From the NCBI GenBank assembly GCA_016218215.1, contig JACREM010000041.1, positions 1 to 62,805 of the forward strand: 62,805 nucleotides of DNA, read 5' to 3'. The notes beneath the pieces were generated by a model, which saw only the letters and a list, made by a program, of their open reading frames with translations, was not told the DNA's origin and did not search any database. Below are positions 55,973-62,805 of the stretch, one piece after another (position 1 is the stretch's first letter; the number at the start of each line of letters is the position of its first letter). Position numbers and translations under genes: made by a program. The stretch is from Candidatus Gottesmanbacteria bacterium. GTDB lineage: Bacteria; Patescibacteriota; Microgenomatia; UBA10105; UBA927.

Positions 55973-57347
55973 AAATAAAAAGATCGCAATTATCGGAATT
56001 TCTGTAGAAGGAATAGATGCGGTAAAATATTTTGCTTCAATCGGGATTCACGTAGATTGTCTAGACAGAAGAAATGAAGATTCATTAAAAGATACGCTTG
56101 ATGTTATAAAAAACCTTAAGAACGTAGATTCGTTTCGCTTTGGGGAGTCATATCTAAAAAATCTTTCTTCATACGACATTATCGTTCGGACTCCGGGAAT
56201 GCTTCTGAGAGCTTTGGAGCTTGAAAAGGCAAAAAATAGTGGGTGTCAAATAACAAGCATGACAAAACTTTTTCTCGATATATGCCCGGCTTCTACCATT
56301 GGTGTCACTGGAACAAAAGGAAAAGGAACAACAAGCACACTTATTGCATCAATATTAAAAGAGGACGGGAAAAATGTATACCTTGGAGGTAACGTCGGGA
56401 CGCCGCTTTTATCCCGAGTGCAAGAGATGAAGTCAACAGACTGGGTAGTGCTTGAAATGTCTTCATTTCAACTTGAAGATCTTCACAAAAGCCCCCATAT
56501 TGCGGTCGTGCTCCGTGTTACTCAGGATCATCTCCAAAATACAGACCCTAATGCGTCAAACTTTCATGAAACGCGAGATGCGTATGTTCAAGCAAAGACA
56601 CAAATTGTGAGATTTCAGAAAAAAGATGATTTCGCGATTTTTTGTAAAGACGACAAAACGAGTGCTTCGTTTGCATCTTTTACCTCTGGAAAAGTTTTGC
56701 ATTATGGAAGACTCACTCGAGCAGATTCGTATGTTCGTGATGAGTCTACTGTTGTGTTGCAAACGGAAAATAGAGAAATTGATATTTGCACACTGGACGC
56801 GATACACCTACGGGGAGCTCATAATTTAGAAAATATCGCAGCCGCAACACTCGCTGGGTACGTAGCGCATGTAACTGTTGATGTAATTATTCGTGCTGTT
56901 AAAAAGTTTAAGCCTCTTGAACATCGACTTGAGTTTGTACGAAAGGTACATGGAGTGACGTATTATAATGATTCATTTTCCACAGTGCCCGAACCAACAA
57001 TCGCAGCGCTTCAGTCTTTTCAAGAGCCGATAGTCCTTATCATAGGCGGAACAGATAAAGGCTCAGATTTTACTACACTAGGCCAAATACTCATGAATCG
57101 ATCTATTCGAGGTATTATCGTTATCGGGGCAATCACCAAAAAAATTTGCACAGTATTTAAAAAATCTGGATACGAGGGGTCGCTCGTTACAGGATTAGCC
57201 ACAATGCATGAGATAGTGAATCGTGCATCAACGCTTGCTCAGAATGGTGATGTGGTGTTGCTCTCTCCGGCATGTGCTTCATTTGATATGTTTAAGAATT
57301 ATAAACAGCGGGGAATTCTTTTTAAAAATGAAGTTTCTCTTCTTTAG
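55959..57347 (+). CDS. murD: UDP-N-acetylmuramoylalanine--D-glutamate ligase
   Basis: GVTGTKGKGTTST, HNLENIAAA, NDSFSTVPE and SPACASFDMFKNYKQRG are present. Confidence 0.9.
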   Translation: MSMYKNKKIAIIGISVEGIDAVKYFASIGIHVDCLDRRNEDSLKDTLDVIKNLKNVDSFRFGESYLKNLSSYDIIVRTPGMLLRALELEKAKNSGCQITSMTKLFLDICPASTIGVTGTKGKGTTSTLIASILKEDGKNVYLGGNVGTPLLSRVQEMKSTDWVVLEMSSFQLEDLHKSPHIAVVLRVTQDHLQNTDPNASNFHETRDAYVQAKTQIVRFQKKDDFAIFCKDDKTSASFASFTSGKVLHYGRLTRADSYVRDESTVVLQTENREIDICTLDAIHLRGAHNLENIAAATLAGYVAHVTVDVIIRAVKKFKPLEHRLEFVRKVHGVTYYNDSFSTVPEPTIAALQSFQEPIVLIIGGTDKGSDFTTLGQILMNRSIRGIIVIGAITKKICTVFKKSGYEGSLVTGLATMHEIVNRASTLAQNGDVVLLSPACASFDMFKNYKQRGILFKNEVSLL

Positions 57348-58467
57348 GTTACACATATCTTTACCTCACAGATTGAATTTTGGCAGAGGAAACACGAAAG
57401 CGTCTGTTGATGTGCCATTTCTTGTCATGGTTATCGCGCTTTCACTCTTTGGAGTGCTCATGGTGTATAACTCTTCAGTGGCTCTCGCGATCCGGGATTT
57501 TTCTGATCCGCTTTACTACGTAAAGGAACAGGTGAAATGGCTCGTGTTGGGATTTATGAGTTTATATGTATGTTCGCTCGTCCGCTATACTCTCTGGCGG
57601 GAAATAGCAGTGCCGATGCTTTTGATCACTCTTGCGCTTTTATTTGCTGTGTTTCTTCCGGGAATTGGCGTGAGTGCTTTAGGTGCGCATAGGTGGATAC
57701 GGCTTGGATTTACGGTATTTCAGCCGGCGGAACTGGCGAAATTATCACTCATTTTTTATCTCTCAGCGTGGTTTACCTCGAGGGAAAATAGCAGGCTCAC
57801 GTCTTTTTTGACTCTTCTGGGACTCGTAGTGGGTCTCGTCGTTTTGGAGCCGGATTTAGGTACAGCCATGATTATCACCTCTGTCGGGGTATGTATGTAT
57901 TTTCTCTCCGGTTCCCCACTAAAACATTTTGCAATTTTAGTGCCAAGCCTGATTGCGGGAATTTTGATTCTTGCGGTCATTTCTCCATACAGGTTTGAGC
58001 GCCTTACTTCATTTCTTCATCCGGAAAAAGATCCTCTCGGTTCTTCGTATCAGATGCGCCAATCACTTATCGCGTTTGGAAGCGGGGGTTTAACTGGCAT
58101 TGGACTTGGAAAATCTCGGCAAAAATATGAATATCTACCGGAGGCAAATACCGACTCAATATTTGCAATCATTGGTGAGGAGCTCGGATTTATCGGTACA
58201 TCTTCTGTGGTATGTTTTTATCTCTTGCTCCTGTGGCGGGCATTTGCTCTAGCCCGTAGGGCACCGGATGCATTTAGTAGGCTTGTAGCAGTTGGCATCG
58301 CTTCTTGGATTGGGATACAGACATCGCTTAATTTTTCAGCATTAGTTGCCTTGGTGCCGCTGACAGGCATACCGCTTCCCCTTGTGTCATACGGGGGCTC
58401 AAGCCTGATAGTATTGCTCTCTGGGATTGGCATTCTGTTAAATATCAGTAGATATCGTAAAATATAG
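57328..58467 (+). CDS. ftsW: SEDS family peptidoglycan glycosyltransferase FtsW
   Basis: LEPDLGTAMII, QSLIAFGSGGLTGIGLG, YLPEANTDSIFAIIGEELGFIG and PLPLVSYGGSS are present. Start trimmed to MKFLFFRL (20-nt overlap with murD). Confidence 0.88.
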   Translation: MKFLFFRLHISLPHRLNFGRGNTKASVDVPFLVMVIALSLFGVLMVYNSSVALAIRDFSDPLYYVKEQVKWLVLGFMSLYVCSLVRYTLWREIAVPMLLITLALLFAVFLPGIGVSALGAHRWIRLGFTVFQPAELAKLSLIFYLSAWFTSRENSRLTSFLTLLGLVVGLVVLEPDLGTAMIITSVGVCMYFLSGSPLKHFAILVPSLIAGILILAVISPYRFERLTSFLHPEKDPLGSSYQMRQSLIAFGSGGLTGIGLGKSRQKYEYLPEANTDSIFAIIGEELGFIGTSSVVCFYLLLLWRAFALARRAPDAFSRLVAVGIASWIGIQTSLNFSALVALVPLTGIPLPLVSYGGSSLIVLLSGIGILLNISRYRKI

Positions 58468-58470
58468 AGT

Positions 58471-59580
58471 ATGAAGGTATGTATTACTGGCGGACATCTC
58501 TCTCCTGCACTCGCGACAGCAGCAGAGCTACAAATACGGCATCCAGATTGGAAGATTATCTGGATAGGGAGAACAAAGGCCCTTGCCGGCGATCGCGAGG
58601 TTTCAACCGAGTCGCTTAAAGTAAAGGAACTAGGAATTCCATTTTTTCCTCTTACGACAGGAAGATTAAACCGTACGTTTTCTCTTGAGACCCTGCTCTC
58701 GGTTTTGTATATTCCACTCGGGTTTTTTGAAGCTTTGCGATTGGTCTTACGGGAGTCTCCGTCGATAATCGTTTCCTTCGGAGGATATCTCGCGCTTCCG
58801 GTTGTTGTCGCCGGTGGTATTTGCCGCATACCAGTCGTGACGCACGAACAAACGAGAGTACCTGGACTAGCAAATAAAATTATCGCCGTCTTTGCAGATA
58901 CAATCTGCGTAAGTTTCCCCGAAATGACACAAGATTTTTGGAAAAAGAAAGTGATATGTACTGGATTACCGCTTCGAAAAGAGTTATTTGTCAAAAACAA
59001 TAAGATGCTGCCATTTTCGCGGAACAAAAAGCCGCTTTTGTATATAGGAGGCGGGACGACCGGATCGGTAAGCATGAATGCATTATTTTTTAGCTGTCTT
59101 ACACTTCTTCTGAAAGATTTTCAGATTGTGCATCAGACAGGAAGCCAATCATACGAATCTGCAATGGGACTTAAAAACACGCTATCTACGGTAGATAAAG
59201 ATTCGTATATCCCCCTAAAATATCTTGGTCCCGAAGTGCTGAAGTCGGTATATGTAGAGAGTTCTCTTTACATTGGAAGATCAGGTGCAAATACAGTATA
59301 CGAGCTTGCGGTATTTGGAAAGCCATCGATTTTTATCCCTCTTCCCTGGTCTTCTGGGGGTGAACAGCAGGCAAACGCCGAGTTTCTTGCATTACACGGC
59401 GGTGCGCTTGTGTTAGAACAGCAGTCTCTTGAGTCTTTAGAGATTCCCAAAATAGTTCGTACATTTTATACGAAAATTTCTCAATGGAAAGAAAAGATGA
59501 AAAATGTACGTCTCATGTTTCCCGTAGATGGGGCCATAAGACTTGCCGATGTGATTGATGGAGCAGTAAGTACAAAATGA
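58471..59580 (+). CDS. murG: Undecaprenyldiphospho-muramoylpentapeptide beta-N-acetylglucosaminyltransferase
   Basis: ITGGHLSPALA, IGGGTTGS and GRSGANTVYELAVFGKPSIFIPLPWSSGGEQQANAEFL are present. Confidence 0.9.
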   Translation: MKVCITGGHLSPALATAAELQIRHPDWKIIWIGRTKALAGDREVSTESLKVKELGIPFFPLTTGRLNRTFSLETLLSVLYIPLGFFEALRLVLRESPSIIVSFGGYLALPVVVAGGICRIPVVTHEQTRVPGLANKIIAVFADTICVSFPEMTQDFWKKKVICTGLPLRKELFVKNNKMLPFSRNKKPLLYIGGGTTGSVSMNALFFSCLTLLLKDFQIVHQTGSQSYESAMGLKNTLSTVDKDSYIPLKYLGPEVLKSVYVESSLYIGRSGANTVYELAVFGKPSIFIPLPWSSGGEQQANAEFLALHGGALVLEQQSLESLEIPKIVRTFYTKISQWKEKMKNVRLMFPVDGAIRLADVIDGAVSTK

Positions 59581-59590
59581 ATTCATTCTT

Positions 59591-60280
59591 ATGCGTACAA
59601 CACGAGTCCATGGAGTGGTAAAGTCAGTGCTTTTTTGTATCATTGCGATACTTTTCTCTATAGGCGGGACATGTGCTCTTTTTTACGGATTTAGGATTCA
59701 AAACATTTATATAGAAGGCGACCATGTCACGTTTGACATAGATCAGTCCAAGGTTACACGGAATTTATTATTTTTTCCAAGTGAAAAAGTGAGGCAGTCG
59801 CTTCTTCTCGCATTTCCGATCGTGAAAGATATCGAGATTCAAAAAATGTATCCGTCTACGCTCAAATTTATAGTGACCCAGCGTCTGCCACTCGCCCGAC
59901 TCGTAACGCATGATCAGTCTTTTGTTCTTGATGAAGATGGGTATGCAATCGGGACGCCGGATGAAAAAACGAAAACGCTTGTTCCGCTCTATTTTGACGT
60001 ACCTATGCAAGAAGTGGGTGAAAAAGTGAAAAGTGACCCGGTACAAAGGGCTCTTCATATTTTTCGGGAATTTCCGAAAGAGTACCCGATTATAAAAATA
60101 GAATCTATAGAAAAGCAGTCTATACGCGTAGTTATCTCACAATCAGATATATTTTTTCCTCAAGAAGGGGATGTTGTAGAGCATATACGTACTTTACAAA
60201 CTTTGTTAGCGGGGTTTAGAATAAAAGGAGCAATGCCCGCGCATATAGATCTTCGGTTTGGAAAACCAATCGTGCGGTAA
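59591..60280 (+). CDS. ftsQ: FtsQ/DivIB-like cell division protein
   Basis: 229 aa with an N-terminal TM helix and a POTRA-like segment (IQNIYIEGDHVT..). It occupies the canonical position between murG and ftsA. Confidence 0.6.
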   Translation: MRTTRVHGVVKSVLFCIIAILFSIGGTCALFYGFRIQNIYIEGDHVTFDIDQSKVTRNLLFFPSEKVRQSLLLAFPIVKDIEIQKMYPSTLKFIVTQRLPLARLVTHDQSFVLDEDGYAIGTPDEKTKTLVPLYFDVPMQEVGEKVKSDPVQRALHIFREFPKEYPIIKIESIEKQSIRVVISQSDIFFPQEGDVVEHIRTLQTLLAGFRIKGAMPAHIDLRFGKPIVR

Positions 60281-60292
60281 TTTTAGTATCAT

Positions 60293-61591
60293 ATGGCCCG
60301 CGACAATATCATCTCGAGTATTGATATCGGAACGTCCAAAATTACGACACTTGTTGCGTCTATTGACGAAGAAGGGATTGCACATATTCTTGGGGTATCT
60401 ACCGTACCAAGCAGGGGACTGAGAAAAGGTCAGGTTGTCAATATTGACGAAGCGACGTCTGCAATTTCAAGTTCTATAGACGCAGCTGAGCGAATGAGCG
60501 GATCGTCTGTGGGGCGAGCGGTGATCTCTATAGGCGGAAGCCATATAGCGTCACTTAACTCTCACGGCGTGGTGGCTGTATCTGATCCTGAAAAAGAGAT
60601 AACGGAGAGCGATCTTCATAGGGTCATAGATGCGGCCAAAGCCGTATCTTTGCCATCTTCCCGAGAGATACTGCATGTTCTTCCGCGTGGGTATATCGTG
60701 GATGGGCAAGAGGGCATTGTTGACCCTATCAGTATGACTGGGGTCAGACTTGAGGTGGATACACACCTCGTCACTGGTGGTGCGACTGCTATACGAAATT
60801 TGTATAAATGTGTTGAGGAGCTCGGGGTTGAGATCGTGTCCGTTGCGTTTAGCGGTTATGCGTCGTCATTTGCATGTCTTTCGGATACAGAAAAAGAGCT
60901 TGGAGTGGTACTTGTAGACATAGGCGGAGGGACGACAGATGTCGCTATTTTTGTAGAAGGCGCGCTCTCATATTCTTCGGTGATACCTGTCGGAGCGATA
61001 AATATTTCAAAAGATCTGGCCGCGGGATTACGTGTGTCTCTTGAGAGTGCCGAGAAAATTAAGCTTTTCCTAGGGCGTACGCCAAAGCTTCCGGTAATGT
61101 CACCTGATCATGACGAAAAAAGCAGAAGAAGAAATTTACTGCTGGATGATCTTGATATTTCAAGCCTCATGCTTCCAGAAGAGATACGAAGCGTATCGCA
61201 AAAAACATTGGTAGAAGGGATCATAAAACCAAGACTTAACGAAATATTTACCATGGTAGGTCTTGAGATAAAGCGAAGTGGTTTTGGCGGGTTGACACCA
61301 TCGGGTGTTGTGATAACCGGAGGCGGCGCGATGACAGTAGGAGCCGTAGACTGTGCAAAAAAGAACCTTGTCATGCCGGTTCGGATTGGGACCCCGCTTC
61401 ACATTACTGGACTTATAGATGAGATTCTGACTCCTGCATTTTGTACAAGCGTTGGGTTGCTTTTGTATAGCGTAAAAGACAAAGAGAGTGAATCTGAATC
61501 CCGATTTGGAGGATTTAAAAAATTCGGAGGTATTCAAATAAAAGGACTTGCAGGGAAGGTAGTGGATTTGGTAAAGTCATTATTGCCCTAG
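60293..61591 (+). CDS. ftsA: Cell division protein FtsA
   Basis: SIDIGTSKITTLVA, VLVDIGGGTTDVAIF and VVITGGGA (actin fold) are present. Confidence 0.92.
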   Translation: MARDNIISSIDIGTSKITTLVASIDEEGIAHILGVSTVPSRGLRKGQVVNIDEATSAISSSIDAAERMSGSSVGRAVISIGGSHIASLNSHGVVAVSDPEKEITESDLHRVIDAAKAVSLPSSREILHVLPRGYIVDGQEGIVDPISMTGVRLEVDTHLVTGGATAIRNLYKCVEELGVEIVSVAFSGYASSFACLSDTEKELGVVLVDIGGGTTDVAIFVEGALSYSSVIPVGAINISKDLAAGLRVSLESAEKIKLFLGRTPKLPVMSPDHDEKSRRRNLLLDDLDISSLMLPEEIRSVSQKTLVEGIIKPRLNEIFTMVGLEIKRSGFGGLTPSGVVITGGGAMTVGAVDCAKKNLVMPVRIGTPLHITGLIDEILTPAFCTSVGLLLYSVKDKESESESRFGGFKKFGGIQIKGLAGKVVDLVKSLLP

Positions 61592-61657
61592 TGTGTTATT
61601 TTCTTCAGATATCGCTGCAAGAAACTTGCATCGATCCGCCCCTGAGAGAAGAGTGTT

Positions 61658-62805
61658 ATGCTTATAAAACCTGACGTTGCGAGATTTGCAAAAATAAAAG
61701 TAGTTGGTATAGGCGGTGGCGGGTGTAATGCAATAAACTCCATGGTGACGCTTAACCAGATAGCGGGAGTAGATTTTCTTGGAGTAAACACAGATGCTCA
61801 GGCACTTCTTGCGTGTCTTGCTCAAACTAAAATCCAGATTGGTGAGACGCTCACAAGAGGACTTGGTGCTGGCGGAAACCCGGAGATTGGAGCTCAGGCG
61901 GCGGAAGAATCCCAGGAAAAAATAAAAGAGTATCTGCGAGATGCGGACATGGTGTTTCTGACCTGCGGCGAAGGTGGAGGGACTGGGACCGGCGCTACTC
62001 CTATTATCGCGAAAATTGCCAAAGACCTCGGTGCGCTGACTGTCGCGGTCGTAACTAAACCATTTCAATTTGAAGGGGCAAGGCGGATGGTAAATGCTGA
62101 TGAGGGGATCATGAATCTAAAAGATAAGGTTGATACCCTTATTGTGATTCCAAATCAACGACTTTTGGAAGTGATAGACAAAAAAATGACTCTTCTTGAA
62201 GCTTTTCGGGTTGCAGATTCAGTGTTAAGCCAGGGAGTGCAAGGAATTTCCAATCTTATAACTCTTCCTGGACTAATAAATGTAGATTTTGCAGATGTTC
62301 GGGCGATTATGACGAACGCCGGATCGGCGCTTATGGGCATAGGTACAGGCGTTGGCGAAAATCGGGCCGCCACGGCGGCTAGAACCGCGATAGGCTCTGC
62401 GCTTCTGGAGGTATCTATAGAGGGGGCAAAAGGCGTGCTTTTTAGTATCACCGGCGGGTCTGACATGACCATGTCAGAGGTAGATGAAGCGGCAAAGATG
62501 ATCGCCTCTGCAGTGGATCCTGATGCAAATATTATCTTTGGCGCAAGTATAGACGAGTCACTTGTAGATCAGATTCGTATAACCGTGATTGCGACGGGAT
62601 TTGATGAAGCGAAAAAACGTCTTCGTGAATTAACTGGTCGAACTATCTATGGGACGATGCAGGAGTCTACTACACGTCAAGGCGGAGTGTCTCAGGGGGC
62701 AACATTTCGTAGCTCAAGCTCTCCATCAGTGATACAGCAGACAGTTCAGCCGATTGCGCCCTCAGACGAGGTACCTCCAGAAGAGGACGAATTCGATATC
62801 CCCGC
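61658..62805 (+). CDS. ftsZ: Cell division protein FtsZ (3' end beyond the window)
   Basis: This gene is not in the ORF track because no stop codon lies within the window. My own translation gives [30 protein letters not shown].., then [18 protein letters not shown], then [11 protein letters not shown]. The frame stays open to 62805. Confidence 0.95.
   Translation, partial: MLIKPDVARFAKIKVVGIGGGGCNAINSMVTLNQIAGVDFLGVNTDAQALLACLAQTKIQIGETLTRGLGAGGNPEIGAQAAEESQEKIKEYLRDADMVFLTCGEGGGTGTGATPIIAKIAKDLGALTVAVVTKPFQFEGARRMVNADEGIMNLKDKVDTLIVIPNQRLLEVIDKKMTLLEAFRVADSVLSQGVQGISNLITLPGLINVDFADVRAIMTNAGSALMGIGTGVGENRAATAARTAIGSALLEVSIEGAKGVLFSITGGSDMTMSEVDEAAKMIASAVDPDANIIFGASIDESLVDQIRITVIATGFDEAKKRLRELTGRTIYGTMQESTTRQGGVSQGATFRSSSSPSVIQQTVQPIAPSDEVPPEEDEFDIP

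Noticed and set aside
58218-59075. A 285-aa ORF on the minus strand, the longest antisense ORF in the window.
   Set aside because: It lies entirely antisense to the 3' end of ftsW and the 5' half of murG, both of which carry unmistakable family motifs. Its translation is low-complexity (Ser/Pro/Arg-rich) with no recognisable domain. It is a typical shadow ORF.
61616-61630. A small hairpin, TGCAAG-aaa-CTTGCA, in the ftsA-ftsZ spacer.
   Set aside because: It has only a 6-bp stem, no T-tract and no flanking conservation evidence. It is too weak to call as a terminator or regulatory site.
61580-62068. A 162-aa minus-strand ORF and other minus-strand ORFs in 61108-62472.
   Set aside because: They are antisense to ftsA and ftsZ. 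ftsZ was missing from the ORF track only because it has no stop codon inside the window.
1-62805. Possible alternative genetic code (UGA recoded, as in some candidate phyla).
   Set aside because: Long intact ORFs with recognisable full-length homologues terminate at TGA (including the many ATGA overlaps) as well as at TAA and TAG. The standard bacterial code fits.
1-62805. CRISPR arrays, tRNA/rRNA genes, IS elements, integrases.
   Set aside because: I saw no spaced identical repeats, no cloverleaf-capable sequence in the few intergenic gaps, and no transposase- or recombinase-like translations in any frame.

Overview
The window is 62.8 kb of very compact bacterial DNA. Every convincing gene except the first (140-1336) is on the + strand. 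About 20 gene junctions are ATGA-type 4-nt or 8-nt stop/start overlaps. The standard genetic code fits, with TGA used as a stop. I found no rRNA, tRNA, CRISPR array, transposase or integrase.

The window has three parts.

(1) 140-36181 is a roughly 36 kb cell-surface glycan locus. It starts with a visibly AT-rich block of very large polytopic GT-C-like membrane proteins (1363-8867). Next comes an AbiEi/AbiEii cassette inserted at the 5' end of an epimerase gene. A CDP-hexose pathway follows: rfbF, an rfbG-like dehydratase, a DegT aminotransferase, a GNAT, a split transketolase pair and an E1/RfbH 3-dehydrase carrying the exact Fe-S motif. The rest of the locus holds UDP-xylose synthase, GalE, seven GT4/GT2 glycosyltransferases, an O-antigen-ligase/polymerase fusion protein, a GT39-like protein, ManC, a small phosphoglycosyl transferase and a DUF4012 protein.

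(2) 36188-38807 holds recO, a compact glycine T-box leader with a textbook antiterminator/terminator switch, glyS and a small anchored protein.

(3) 38924-62805 is an expanded dcw cluster preceded by 10-bp-phased TGG repeats that look like a MraZ operator. The gene order is mraZ-rsmH-ftsL-ftsI-murE-pgeF-murC-murB-murA-glmU-like-hydrolase-murF-degT-femX-dgkA-mraY-murI-murD-ftsW-murG-ftsQ-ftsA-ftsZ. ftsZ runs off the window end and was absent from the ORF track.

The most unusual items are:
- the AbiE insertion with its replacement gene end;
- the non-canonical module inside the dcw cluster (membrane-anchored MurF, DegT and FemX, all translationally coupled);
- MurE lacking its N-terminal domain;
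- a transketolase pair embedded in a 3,6-dideoxyhexose pathway that lacks the E3 reductase;
- the T-box.

Gene content (short RecO, DUF4012, many GT-C proteins, extreme compaction) suggests a small-genome lineage such as CPR/Patescibacteria. That is inference only.
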